DNA from: a virus
Strand: one strand, 5' to 3'
Virus record (IMG/VR): IMGVR_UViG_3300046804_000544
Coordinates: 1 to 64,000 of that record
Length of the DNA: 64,000 bases
The position numbers were made by a program, and so were the translations under genes. Of this stretch, positions 1 to 10,300 are shown piece after piece. The number at the start of each line of letters is the position of its first letter. The first letter of the stretch is position 1. The notes beneath the pieces were generated by a model that made no database searches, had not been told where the DNA came from, and saw only the letters and a program-made list of their open reading frames with translations.

Positions 1-1350
1 TTCTTCATCATGTTTTTCTAAGAAACCTTTGATAACATCACGTACATCCATTTCTGGATTTACTTTGCCTAATTCTTTTAATGCGCTAATTAAATCTGAA
101 TCATCAATGATACCCTTTAAACTTTGTATAGCATTGGTACCATCTACGCCTGCTGGCATTTCTTGGGCGATTAGTGTGTTAAGTTTTTGTACAGCCATAC
201 TAGCAGCTTCTTCATCTGTATCTAAAAGATCACTGTTTTCGCTGACTAGTCTGTTTAGATAACCTTCAAAATCTTGAAGTTCTTCAATCTCGTTTTCTAA
301 TACTTCAGTAGCATCAAATGTTTCTGCCTGTATTAGATCTTCAGGACCTAATTCTTTAACTGGTGCTACATTTTCACCAACTAATTTATAGATGTAAGGA
401 AATACATTTTTTAGTTCTTCATTAAAACTGCGAATAGTTAAACGATCAATCCAATCATTAACTATATCTTCAGGAATCATTTGTTCTTCAGACTTAGTAA
501 AAGACTCTGCAAAACTTTCATAATATTTTTGATTCTGTAAACTATGAATTTCTTTCTTTATACTATCGATACGCTCGTATACACGACCGTTAATAGGACC
601 CATTGCTTCGCTAACTACAGGATTGCGATCAACGTAGCCTTTAAACATACGCAATTTGTTTAATTCTTCACTAAGGCTGATAATATGTTGCCCAATATCA
701 TCATAGCTGGTTCCGCCATGCGCTACGTGCATAGCTAGAGCGCGAGCACCGTTTAAATGTTTGTAAGGATAACGGAATCTTTCTCCCTCTGCACTTTCAA
801 CATAGATGCTTTCAATATGCATTGTTCGACCTGCAGGTAAATCATAATTGACAGGTTTTGAATGTTTTACAATAAGTTTAGCCTCGCCCATTTCTTGAAA
901 ACTGGTTCTTGAGGTCCCCCATAATTTACTTTCGGTCATACCGGTAACTCCGCTATTATTTGATAATGTTTCGTAATCTCGTTTGTCTAAATTGCTCTTA
1001 GCAATATCTCTCACATTAAAATCCATCATATGCTGACTGGCAAAATCGCTTAGACTTTCTAAAAATCTAAACCATTGACGTTTTACACCTTCTGGTTGTC
1101 CTTCTACAATATCGTTACTAAAGATAACAACTAACCCGTCGTCTTCACCGTCTTCAGCAGCTTTATCACTAATGCTTATAGTAATTGTACCTAAATTTTT
1201 TCCATGTTTAATATAGTCAAACTCAAAATAACGAGCATCTTTAGGTCTATCTGTAACTTTACTGTTTTGGTCGCCCAGCTGAATCTTTGGAAACTGTGTT
1301 CGTAGCTTTCCAAATAAATTTCTGGCGATTATACTAAGATTTTTATCCAT
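1..1350 (-). CDS. Conserved hypothetical phage protein, partial (runs off window start; >=450 aa, MDKNLSIIARNLFGKLRTQFPKIQLGD...)
   Basis: Absent from the ORF track because no stop lies in the window. I translated it from the ATG at 1350 and it stays open to base 1; GATAAATA motif 5 nt upstream. Confidence 0.8.
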   Translation of the reverse strand, partial: MDKNLSIIARNLFGKLRTQFPKIQLGDQNSKVTDRPKDARYFEFDYIKHGKNLGTITISISDKAAEDGEDDGLVVIFSNDIVEGQPEGVKRQWFRFLESLSDFASQHMMDFNVRDIAKSNLDKRDYETLSNNSGVTGMTESKLWGTSRTSFQEMGEAKLIVKHSKPVNYDLPAGRTMHIESIYVESAEGERFRYPYKHLNGARALAMHVAHGGTSYDDIGQHIISLSEELNKLRMFKGYVDRNPVVSEAMGPINGRVYERIDSIKKEIHSLQNQKYYESFAESFTKSEEQMIPEDIVNDWIDRLTIRSFNEELKNVFPYIYKLVGENVAPVKELGPEDLIQAETFDATEVLENEIEELQDFEGYLNRLVSENSDLLDTDEEAASMAVQKLNTLIAQEMPAGVDGTNAIQSLKGIIDDSDLISALKELGKVNPEMDVRDVIKGFLEKHDEE

Positions 1351-1355
1351 ATTGA

Positions 1356-1363
1356 TATTTATC
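1356..1363 (-). promoter_or_regulatory. T4-type late promoter motif (GATAAATA)
   Basis: Resembles T4 late consensus TATAAATA; 5 nt before ATG at 1350, overlapping the terminase TGA. Confidence 0.6.
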
Positions 1364-2957
1364 AAAAGGTTGAACTTACAAATATAGGCATAGGAGGCTC
1401 AAAATCTTCCTCATCGTATGTCTCATTACTGCTATAAGTATCAAATACTCTACTGTCCCAATCTGCTAATACCTGACTCATGCGTACAATTAGCAAACAC
1501 GCACTGACTAGATCGTCTTGTTCTTCCATTTTACCTTTAAATGTTATGCCGCTAGCAATAAAGTTTTTTAACTCACTAATTAGTACTTTTGAGTTAATTT
1601 TCATTTTACCTGATTCTATTAAGTATTTTAAGCGAGCACAGGCAGCAATTTTAGTTTTGTGTGTAGTGTTAAATCCTTTACGGAATTTGCGTACATGTCC
1701 TTTGCGTATAGGTTCGCTAACAAATAATCCTGGAAAGTTTTCTTCTCCTATATCTTTAATACAAATTAAGCCAGCTTCACCAATATTGTTGTTTTCTATA
1801 CTCCAGTATATGTTATTAACATTGTCTTCGCCTACACATTCTTTAATGTAATTTAATATTTCACGCAGTACACGTATTTGTCCTTGTATAGGAGTTAAAT
1901 TGTGCTGCCATTCTGCAACCTGATTAAAAGTAGGTAATTCAAATACTTGTATACCTGCACTATTACCACCTGTTCCTAAACTTGGATCTAGTGCAATAGC
2001 ATATATTGCATCTTTGTTTGGTTGTTTATACCAACGTGTTTGCCCCATATTCATTATAGGCTTTGCTCCTTCCATGCCAGCTAAATGAATACTGTTAATC
2101 AGTGTTTCGTCAAATACTAAGAATTCGCAATTATATTCTCGTCGAAAACGCTCTTCACCAATTCGACCTCTTTCGGCAGTAGCCCATGCATCGTCTCTAT
2201 CAGGATGCTCATTCCAGTGACAAGTAAACGGAAAAAATCCATTTACACCAACATCTTGTTCGTTGCCGTATTCGTCAAACTTTTTATTAGCTTCTTTCCA
2301 AATTGTAGCAAATGTATCTTCATCGCTGTTTGGTGTGGATGTCATTATACATTTACCGCCAGTTGCTAATGTTGGTGATATTGATGTCCAAAACTCATCT
2401 GCAATGTTTGGAGGCACAAATGCAAACTCGTCACAGTATAGTAAGGAGATAGACATACCGCGACCTGTATTACCAGTAGTAGTTGTACTAACAATTCTTG
2501 AACCGTTGTCAAATTCTATACTCCCTTTGTTATAGTTAACCACGCCACTGCGAATATGGTCGGGGCATAGTTCATAAGCGTAACGAATACGCTGCATAAT
2601 TTCTTGAGAACCAGTATATTTGTGTGCAGAAATTAGTATGGTTTGATCTGGATGAAACATCGCATACCATAACAGATAGCCGGCCGCACAAGTAGTCTTA
2701 CCCATTTGGCGAGGTAACATATTGATATTAAATCTATGTCCGTGATATGCGTCTAATAATTTTGTTTGATAACCAAATGGCTCAAATAACAACTTGCCTT
2801 TTACAGGATGCTGTATATAAAAGAAATTACTACAAAAATGATGATATCCAGTATCTTCGTCAGAACATTTCAGCAAATCCTCAATTTGCTGTTCTGTAAA
2901 TTTTTCTTTAGTATGTGCCTTTTTGGTTAAAACACCATCTAATGATTTAGTTGCCAT
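1362..2957 (-). CDS. terL: Terminase large subunit (T4 gp17-like)
   Basis: Walker A LPRQMGKTT, Walker B LLYCDEFAF, coupling motif TSTPN, nuclease-domain IALDPSLG and DDLVSA. Confidence 0.96.
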   Translation of the reverse strand: MATKSLDGVLTKKAHTKEKFTEQQIEDLLKCSDEDTGYHHFCSNFFYIQHPVKGKLLFEPFGYQTKLLDAYHGHRFNINMLPRQMGKTTCAAGYLLWYAMFHPDQTILISAHKYTGSQEIMQRIRYAYELCPDHIRSGVVNYNKGSIEFDNGSRIVSTTTTGNTGRGMSISLLYCDEFAFVPPNIADEFWTSISPTLATGGKCIMTSTPNSDEDTFATIWKEANKKFDEYGNEQDVGVNGFFPFTCHWNEHPDRDDAWATAERGRIGEERFRREYNCEFLVFDETLINSIHLAGMEGAKPIMNMGQTRWYKQPNKDAIYAIALDPSLGTGGNSAGIQVFELPTFNQVAEWQHNLTPIQGQIRVLREILNYIKECVGEDNVNNIYWSIENNNIGEAGLICIKDIGEENFPGLFVSEPIRKGHVRKFRKGFNTTHKTKIAACARLKYLIESGKMKINSKVLISELKNFIASGITFKGKMEEQDDLVSACLLIVRMSQVLADWDSRVFDTYSSNETYDEEDFEPPMPIFVSSTF

Positions 2958-2961
2958 AATG

Positions 2962-2968
2962 TATTTAC
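2962..2968 (-). promoter_or_regulatory. Late promoter motif (GTAAATA)
   Basis: 4 nt upstream of the terL ATG, just downstream of a terminator. Confidence 0.55.
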
Positions 2969-2971
2969 AAT

Positions 2972-2995
2972 AAAAAACCGGGCTTATAGCCCGGT
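2972..2995 (-). terminator. Rho-independent terminator
   Basis: 8-bp stem ACCGGGCT/AGCCCGGT with a 3-nt loop, followed by a T tract on the minus strand, after the gene ending at 3015. Confidence 0.85.
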
Positions 2996-3014
2996 CCGAG
3001 TAGTGTTTGTTAGG

Positions 3015-3590
3015 TTATCTACCTTTAACTTCTTGATACAAAGATTCTAATCTAGCAACAAGACTTTCCATAGGAGGCGTACCTCTAGGATTGCCACCAC
3101 CGTTAACTTTAGGTGCTTCTGCACCTTTGCTTAATAAATCGTTACCTGTAGCAACCATGCGGCTCATAGGTGCTGTTTGCGGCTCAGGTTCATTTGCGAA
3201 CTCATCAACTGGCATGTCGCTGCCAATAATAGGTTCTTTGTCCATCTTTCCAATTAGACTGCCCAAGTGTCCTTCATCGTCTCCACCATCTTCTAAATTA
3301 CGTAAGATATCTAGTAAATCACGGATTCCACCTTTGCCTGATCCATTCATATTTACACTAACATTTACATTGTCTGGTTGACTGCTAGACATAGAAGGCA
3401 TCATCCCACATTCTTCTACATCATCTTCTCGTACTTTTTCCATATCGCCGTCTCCATCGAGATCAGCTTGATCTTTTCCAGCAGCACGGGCAGCAGCTAG
3501 ATTGCCAGTAAAAAGATTGCCTTCATTTGGTTCTTCAGATACGGGTCTATCTAATGCTTCAATTTTTCTGTATAGTTCTTGAAAATTCAT
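3015..3590 (-). CDS. Acidic hypothetical protein, possibly head-internal; DxDxDG loop
   Basis: 191-aa ORF with ATGA overlap with the upstream gene; contains DLDGDGDME. Confidence 0.75.
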   Translation of the reverse strand: MNFQELYRKIEALDRPVSEEPNEGNLFTGNLAAARAAGKDQADLDGDGDMEKVREDDVEECGMMPSMSSSQPDNVNVSVNMNGSGKGGIRDLLDILRNLEDGGDDEGHLGSLIGKMDKEPIIGSDMPVDEFANEPEPQTAPMSRMVATGNDLLSKGAEAPKVNGGGNPRGTPPMESLVARLESLYQEVKGR

Positions 3591-4195
3591 TTTGTTTTTC
3601 CTTTGCCGCTGATTGGGCTTTTTGATGCTGCTGTTTTAACAGTTTCAGCGGCTTTTTCTTTAGGTGCCTTTTTAGCTAGAATAGAATCGTTAACACCTTT
3701 ATATTGTGTAGGCTCAGTTTCTTTTCTAGTCTTTGCCAGTTCTTTTAAGAAGTTAGCAACGCCTTTGTCACCAACTCGATCTTGATGACTTTCTTTTTGA
3801 TAGTCTTGTGTTAGTAATGCTTTTCCGTCTTCTTTATCTACATTTTCAGCATTTAATTCTGCTTCAGCATCTTCACCTAATGTTCTAACTTTTAGGCAAC
3901 AAGCATCTAATCCAGTATGTTCAGATAGGTAACTAGATAAAACTAAACTTGTTGTAGGATAGTTTAATTCAACGTCAAATACATGTACTGGTGCATTTTC
4001 CATAGTTGGAAAATCACGTAACTTTGCCTGAATAGGTGTAGTTTTAGTTTTAGCAAATTTTGCTACACTATATTTTTGTAACGCAGTTTCCATTACGTCT
4101 TCACAATTTTCTGGAAGATCGCCTGCAATTTTAATTTTGAAAGCGTATTTTTTAGCTTCTTGGCTTTCTATTAGATATTCAACAAAAGATTTCAT
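3587..4195 (-). CDS. Hypothetical protein with capsid-targeting-like N-terminus (MKSFVEYLIE)
   Basis: 202-aa ORF; N-terminus resembles the T4 internal-protein targeting sequence; ATAAATA motif upstream at 4215-4221. Confidence 0.75.
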   Translation of the reverse strand: MKSFVEYLIESQEAKKYAFKIKIAGDLPENCEDVMETALQKYSVAKFAKTKTTPIQAKLRDFPTMENAPVHVFDVELNYPTTSLVLSSYLSEHTGLDACCLKVRTLGEDAEAELNAENVDKEDGKALLTQDYQKESHQDRVGDKGVANFLKELAKTRKETEPTQYKGVNDSILAKKAPKEKAAETVKTAASKSPISGKGKTK

Positions 4196-4213
4196 GCTTA
4201 CAGTCCTAATGTA

Positions 4214-4693
4214 TTATTTATTCATATTTTTAAGTTTTTCTATAAGGCTGTTACGATCTGAAACTATTACGCCAGTACCGCTGACATCAATACTATCATC
4301 TGAGTTAGCATCTTGATCTAATTTTTGTTTTTTAAGCTGTAGTTCTACCATTTTAAGTTTTTTGTCTATTTTAGCTGCTTTTGCATCAATAGCGTTTTTT
4401 AGCATGGCGCTAGCAACTTCAAAAACACGCCCGCTATAACGTGCTTCAACATTCATACCTAAATCCATAAGATCATCAAATGCATCTGTAGCTCGTTGAG
4501 CTAATGCATCAAACTCTGAATCGCTTACATCACCGAGACCTTTTACAGCTGGCAATGCTGCGGCAATTTTATCAAACTCTGAAATATCACGTAGAAGAGG
4601 CTGTGCAGTATTCACAGCTTGTTCCTTTTCTGCTTTTTTAATTGTTTTTTTAGTTTCAGGTAGATTAAGTATTTCTTCAAGTTTTTTTGTCAT
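4214..4693 (-). CDS. Putative terminase small subunit (gp16-like position and helical character)
   Basis: 159-aa helical, Lys-rich protein near terL and gp4; function inferred from size and context. Confidence 0.5.
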   Translation of the reverse strand: MTKKLEEILNLPETKKTIKKAEKEQAVNTAQPLLRDISEFDKIAAALPAVKGLGDVSDSEFDALAQRATDAFDDLMDLGMNVEARYSGRVFEVASAMLKNAIDAKAAKIDKKLKMVELQLKKQKLDQDANSDDSIDVSGTGVIVSDRNSLIEKLKNMNK

Positions 4694-4698
4694 ACTCT

Positions 4699-4706
4699 TA
4701 CTTATC
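4699..4706 (-). promoter_or_regulatory. Late promoter variant (GATAAGTA)
   Basis: 5 nt before the ATG at 4693; the same AAGTA variant occurs at 59904-59910. Confidence 0.4.
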
Positions 4707-5142
4707 CTGGGCGTCCATTATGGAATAAATCTTGCTCGTTAAGCACACGGAATCTTATTCCTTGTCTACTGCACCATTCGTAAGCTGCACGCCATTTAAC
4801 TTGATTTTTTGCCCACTGTAGTTGATTGTTACGATTTTTACCAACTTTTTCTAACACAGTTTGATTTTCAGGTTTAACTTCAATTAATTCTGTATTGATC
4901 TTGTTGGTTCGATCTACGTACTGTATGAAAAAATCAGGAACATATATTGTTCCTTTTCCGGTAAATGGATCTTTATAAGGAATTTTTACAGCTTCACTAG
5001 CCCACTTTAATACATTAGGATTAGTATCGCAAAAGCGCATAAAACTCCATTCCCATGAACTTCTATACGTTGGTTGTCTATTGCCTACATATTTTTCAGG
5101 GTTGGCAACTTGATATTTTCCCTGTGCAAATCTTCGAGCCAT
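4702..5142 (-). CDS. gp4: Head completion nuclease (T4 gp4-like, TnsA-N/PD-(D/E)xK fold)
   Basis: GKYQVANPEKY, YRSSWE, WASE, YVPDFFI and IEVKP motifs typical of gp4. Confidence 0.88.
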   Translation of the reverse strand: MARRFAQGKYQVANPEKYVGNRQPTYRSSWEWSFMRFCDTNPNVLKWASEAVKIPYKDPFTGKGTIYVPDFFIQYVDRTNKINTELIEVKPENQTVLEKVGKNRNNQLQWAKNQVKWRAAYEWCSRQGIRFRVLNEQDLFHNGRPG

Positions 5143-5516
5143 TATGCAATAACATTTCTATTTTCAAACGTTTCTTCTGCTGGTTCTGTTTTAAAACCTA
5201 ATACACTAGTTTTATCTCTATAGACGTTTAACACTTCTGCAACTACTTGGCTTAATTGTACATCTGAAACGCCTTTTAGTGTATCAATTAGCTGCAAAGG
5301 ATTTATATTTTCTAATCTTGCTTGATTAAGTAAAACAATAGCAGTACTGCGACTTGCCTGTTCGTCAAATCCTCTCTTAAGAAAATATCCAACTACTGCA
5401 TCAATTTGATTTGTAGGAAAAGTTATTTGATGTAAAAAATATTTGTCAAAAAAATTTCTAACTTCGTCGTCACTTGTTGGTGTTGCAGTTGGTGGTAAAT
5501 TATTTGTAATAGCCAT
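5142..5516 (-). CDS. Hypothetical protein
   Basis: 124-aa ORF with TAATG stop/start coupling at both ends. Confidence 0.75.
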   Translation of the reverse strand: MAITNNLPPTATPTSDDEVRNFFDKYFLHQITFPTNQIDAVVGYFLKRGFDEQASRSTAIVLLNQARLENINPLQLIDTLKGVSDVQLSQVVAEVLNVYRDKTSVLGFKTEPAEETFENRNVIA

Positions 5517-6589
5517 TATGGACCACCTCCGTTTATATTTCTTGGTGTGGCTACAACAATGTTAGCATTTCCTGTATCGTTAACTGGAAAATTAGTATTG
5601 TTTATACTGCCAGCACCAGTTCGTGCTACATTCTGAAGACCTTTAGTAGCTATGTTTTGTAATTCTTGATTTACACCTGACTTAGTTAATGCTTTGGCAT
5701 TTTGATATGTATTAACAGTTTTGATAGCTGTATTGAGAAAATCCAACGGGCTGTCAAATGCTCTGCCTGATGCGATTGCACCAAACACTTGTTCAGCGCC
5801 TGCAAGAACGCCACCAGGTCCAAATACTGTACGTGTTCCGCCGCCAGCAACGCTTAATGGACTGGGTGTTGTATCATAGTGTTCAACTCCAAATCCTGGA
5901 GGATTATTTGGCTCTACTTGTCCGTAGTCATAATTAACTGCTTCGTATGCTAGCGTCATAGAATTTTCACTAGGGCTACTATTACTATAATCTAGAGTAT
6001 CGTGATTCCAAGCAGTAATAACAGGATTAATTAATTTTGCACTGGTAAAAGTTCTACGGGCAAATTGATAGATAGTAATATTATTAAAAAACGGAATACT
6101 GCTGCCATTGTCTAATCCGTAAGGTGTTCTAATAAATCCAGAACCTAACATAGCGGTTCTGTTGTAGTTTCCGTAAGTTTTACTAGCATCATGATCTGCA
6201 TAATAATAACTGTAATAATTTTGCCATAATTGTCTTACTACACCAAAATTATCTTCATGAAATTTAATGTTTACTGGGCTGTAAGTTATAGAATTTTGAA
6301 CTACTTTTTTTCTATTGTACTGGTTAAGTGTTTCTGTAGACACTGAAAATTTTGGTAAGTCTGCACTTTTTACCAACATATTAATTTCATTTTGATGTTG
6401 ATATTTAAAGTTGATGCTTTTTAATGCCTGAGGATTTATACTAAAAACAACATGGTATTGAAATTTTAATTTAGGGGCTAATCTAAAATCATCGTCAACA
6501 AATGTTCTAGCTGCATGGGCAAAGTCTCCCATGTAACCTTTTGCATGTGTTAAATTATTTACAAATTGTTTTACTGATTTACTAGCCAT
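5516..6589 (-). CDS. Tail-tube-fold baseplate protein (gp54/gp48-like tube initiator or cap)
   Basis: APKLKFQYHVVF...VKSADLPK...YNRK...ITYSPVNIKFHED parallels the adjacent tube gene (PKLKYRFRVMF...YNSK...TWQTMAVSLRDD). Confidence 0.65.
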   Translation of the reverse strand: MASKSVKQFVNNLTHAKGYMGDFAHAARTFVDDDFRLAPKLKFQYHVVFSINPQALKSINFKYQHQNEINMLVKSADLPKFSVSTETLNQYNRKKVVQNSITYSPVNIKFHEDNFGVVRQLWQNYYSYYYADHDASKTYGNYNRTAMLGSGFIRTPYGLDNGSSIPFFNNITIYQFARRTFTSAKLINPVITAWNHDTLDYSNSSPSENSMTLAYEAVNYDYGQVEPNNPPGFGVEHYDTTPSPLSVAGGGTRTVFGPGGVLAGAEQVFGAIASGRAFDSPLDFLNTAIKTVNTYQNAKALTKSGVNQELQNIATKGLQNVARTGAGSINNTNFPVNDTGNANIVVATPRNINGGGP

Positions 6590-6594
6590 ACAAA

Positions 6595-6602
6595 TATTTA
6601 TC
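6595..6602 (-). promoter_or_regulatory. Late promoter motif (GATAAATA)
   Basis: 5 nt before ATG at 6589; follows the tube-gene terminator. Confidence 0.6.
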
Positions 6603-6637
6603 TAACGTTATTATATACGTAGATAATGAGCAGGCAT

Positions 6638-6664
6638 AAAAAAGCCCCAATTAAGGGGCTTTTT
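6638..6664 (-). terminator. Rho-independent terminator after tail tube gene (symmetric, possibly bidirectional)
   Basis: A6-GCCCC-AATTAA-GGGGC-T5 immediately after the TAA at 6666. Confidence 0.85.
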
Positions 6665-6665
6665 A

Positions 6666-7298
6666 TTAACCTCTTGTACCAGGGCCTGTTGCCAGTGTAC
6701 CTATTGTACGAGCGATTGCTTTTCCTATACCAGAGCCATCTGGAACTTGTAAGCAGTTATCTGGCTGGATTGTTAAATCAATCTGCATTGGTGTTTGTTC
6801 ACCGTATGCCATGTTTTGATAGTTAACTGCTTGCAGATAACAACCATAGCACTCCCATGTTTCTAAAACATTTGGTGTGCTTGCGCCGTTGCCACCGTCT
6901 AGTACTTCGATACGAGTTGTAAACTTGTAGTCGATAGCACTGGCAGCACTGGCTTGTTCCATAAAGTCAAATTGTTTCTGTAGTTGCTCACCTACTAGCT
7001 TAGAAACGTTGCCTGTTACATCGTCTCTTAAGCTAACAGCCATTGTTTGCCATGTATGCTTACCAGCATAATTGATTTTACTGTTATAAATTTCAATTGT
7101 TTGGTTTGCAAATTGTAAATTTGGTCTAACTGCTGAAATAACTTGTTTTGTTAGCTCAGTTGTTGGTGTTGATACTCCAAAGTTTTCAAACATCACTCTA
7201 AAACGATATTTTAACTTTGGCATCAACATACCCTGGGCACTAGCACTTTGGTCGCTAGCTAAGGGTACTGTGAATCTTGATAGTGTTGCGATTGCCAT
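6666..7298 (-). CDS. gp19: Tail tube protein (T4 gp19-like)
   Basis: 210 aa directly downstream of the sheath gene; gp19-type motifs; AGGAG SD. Confidence 0.88.
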   Translation of the reverse strand: MAIATLSRFTVPLASDQSASAQGMLMPKLKYRFRVMFENFGVSTPTTELTKQVISAVRPNLQFANQTIEIYNSKINYAGKHTWQTMAVSLRDDVTGNVSKLVGEQLQKQFDFMEQASAASAIDYKFTTRIEVLDGGNGASTPNVLETWECYGCYLQAVNYQNMAYGEQTPMQIDLTIQPDNCLQVPDGSGIGKAIARTIGTLATGPGTRG

Positions 7299-7312
7299 TA
7301 TATTCTCCTATT

Positions 7313-10300
7313 TTAGCCTAGCGCCTTGATTTCACCAGTGTTCTTCAAGCGTAGTGGAATGTAGATAAATTCAACTGCTTTAACTGGCTCAATAGCAATG
7401 TCAATCCACAATTCGTTACGGTCGATTCTGTTTGGTGTATTATTAGATTCGTCGCAAACTACTAGGTAGTCATAAATTGCTCGCTGACCTACTAACTCTA
7501 ACATCAATGCCTCTACCGCTGCTTTAACTTCGTCTCTAGTGATTTTATCATTAGGTTCAAAGATATAAGGTTTAGCTAGAGCATTTAATTGTCTACGTAG
7601 ATAGCAAACAAGTCTAGCTACGTTAATACGATCTAGCGCACTGGCTGCACGAGCACGAGTTTTCTGACCGTAGTTAACTAAACCTGTTCCTGTTAAGAAT
7701 GTAATTGGGTTAACTTTTTGTTCGTATAGTGTGTCACGTTGTCCAACGTTTAGCGCAACTGATTTAAATTCGCCTTCTGAACTAATATACCCAACTGCTG
7801 TTGCATTTGTAATACCACCACGACGCACACCAGCTGGTGCAAACCATGGATAACTTACTGCGTCACTTAGTGCAATTGTTCTTAAAATCATATGGCTTGG
7901 CGGAACAACAACATTGTTACCAAAGTTGTCACTTGTAAAGCCCCATGGATAGAACATGCCCATGTACTCGTCAAAGCTAACAGCGCCAATATCATTGTCT
8001 TCGTTGGCACCGTTTTCGTTGCTAGCCCATGCTAGTAAACTTGTAGCATCTGGTGTTAGACGTGCAGGTGTATCACCTACTACAAATGCTGTTAAACCAC
8101 GATCGTAGTTTAAGCTGATCATTTCGCCAATTAATTCTGGGTAACCTGGACATGCAATTAAATTAAACACTCTGCGCTCTTCGTCACGAATAGCATCATT
8201 GCTGTTAACTACTGCTTGTAGTGCTTTAACAATAACTTTACGTTGTGCTTTATGTCCAAAACTACCAGAACCGTCGTCTTGATTTGAACTTACTGTAATC
8301 CAACGGTTAACATAGTAGTCTTCCATCGCTTCGTTGTTATTACGCTCGTTATCATCAGCTGGATTAATATAACCACGCTTAAATTGTTTTACATTATAAC
8401 CGCTACGACGTAAGTTCCATAACAGCATACCACGTGGGTATAGTGCAGGATCCGGAGCATCAGGATCTAAGTAATCGCTTTCTAGCAGGTCAACAATATC
8501 ACCAGCTACATCGCTATTGGCGCCTGCTGTATTATAACGTGCGTCTGCAAATAGTACACCATCTTGTGTAGTTTGATCTGTTTTGTCAACTTCTACCCAA
8601 CGACTAGCTACAGGAACATTAGCGAGACTTGCGTTGTACTTGTAAATTGTTGGGAAATTTTCTAGGTCTGCTGTGCTAATCCATAAGTCACCAGTTACCA
8701 AATCTGTGCCGTCACTTTGTGTTTCTGGAGCAGTTGCGCTAACTTGTGGACCCATTGGATCTGTAGTTGGCAATTGATTTTTGTATCCTACCCATGTGTC
8801 ACCGTCGTGAACTAAGATATCAACTTCGTCAATAACAGAGCTGTACCAAAGTTGGCCGTCTTCAGGTATTCTAGAAGGTGCTATGCTGCTAGCCACATAT
8901 ACTAAAGGTTCCCAATTACTAACAATATAATTGTTTGCCTGTGGTGCATCAAAGAAATAACGTGTACCTGTTGCAAAGTTTGCACTAGACGGCTCATAGT
9001 CATATGGAATGAAACCATAGCTAGCCAATACTCCACTAGCGTCGCCTATTCTAATTTCACCACCAGCAGTATGTGTAATTGTAACCTTATCATTATCTAC
9101 GCTGGCTACGACATTGGTAAAACCGGCAGCATTAATTGCAGCAGCTAATGCATCAGCATCTGACGATGTGCCAGCAGCAGTCCAATTAACTGATACAGCT
9201 GAATTTAAAGCTGCTTGATTAGCAATACTTTCTTGAATTGTAATAGTCTTGGCACCGGCTGCTACAGATCCTGCGCTAATCTTTGTTCCGGTTACAGTTG
9301 TTTCGCCAGCTGCGCCACGACGCCAGGCTTTCCATTTAGCCAATGCTGGACGAACTATTGTAGTACTAGTTACATCGGTCCAGGTAGTATTTGTTTCGGA
9401 ATAGTTAGTTTGCACATAAAGTGTACCAACTGGAACGTTCTTACCTCCGCCGGCTTTATCTAAATTATAGATAGCTTGATGGCCGGTAGTGTAAAGATAT
9501 CCGTTTAAGCTGTCCCAAGATACTGTACTTGAATTCCAACGATTGAATCTGTAACGTGAACCTAAATTAGGCTCAGTTGTTTTTAACCATAGACTACCTG
9601 TAGAGTAAACATTTGTAGATGTTGATCCCCATACAGGAACATCAGTGTGTTTGCTAATGTACAATTGAGGACAGTGATATTGTAAACTTGATCCGCCAGT
9701 AATTCCTAAACTGGCTAGTATTGATCCAGTTCCTGTAATTACTAGTCCTGCATACTGAGCAGAAGCATTGGCATAAAGTTCTAATTTACCATTTACCCTT
9801 GCTGCTTTAACTCCGGTAATATTTGCACCGTTAATTGCTGTTACTAGTGCTGTTACTGATGTATTACCAGTTATAGCAGTTCCGTTAATTGTAATTGTAT
9901 CTGCACCAATTAACGATCCAGGTGCTGCTGTACCTGCAACTGTTGGAAATGCATAAGCATAATCATTAGTTCCAACTTCAACCCATTGTCCTGGGCTTTG
10001 TCCAGGTGCAGTGCCTTTGCTCTTATACCATAATTTGTTTGGATGACTAGTAGTTAAAGAAGGAGTGTTAACATCAGTATCAACTACTACCCATGCATAA
10101 TCACCAATTGCACCTACAGATGCTTTTGGTGCACCGTTTAAGGTGTTAACTTTTGTAGAATCTGTAACAACTAAAGGAACTTTATTACTAAATGTTTGTC
10201 CTCCAGTGGAAGTAATTGGTGCTGAATTCCATTGGAAAAGACCATATGCACTTGTTCCACTGTTAAACCAATGTGTTCCATTAGCAGGATTACTAGTTGG

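Noticed and set aside
1362-2957. Intron or intein in terminase, portal or capsid genes
   Set aside because: The ORFs are continuous, no longer than T4 counterparts, and show no intein or homing-endonuclease motifs.
6610-6638. TATAAT at 6615-6610 as a sigma70 promoter
   Set aside because: No credible -35 at 17 nt (TATGCC); kept only as part of the palindrome finding.
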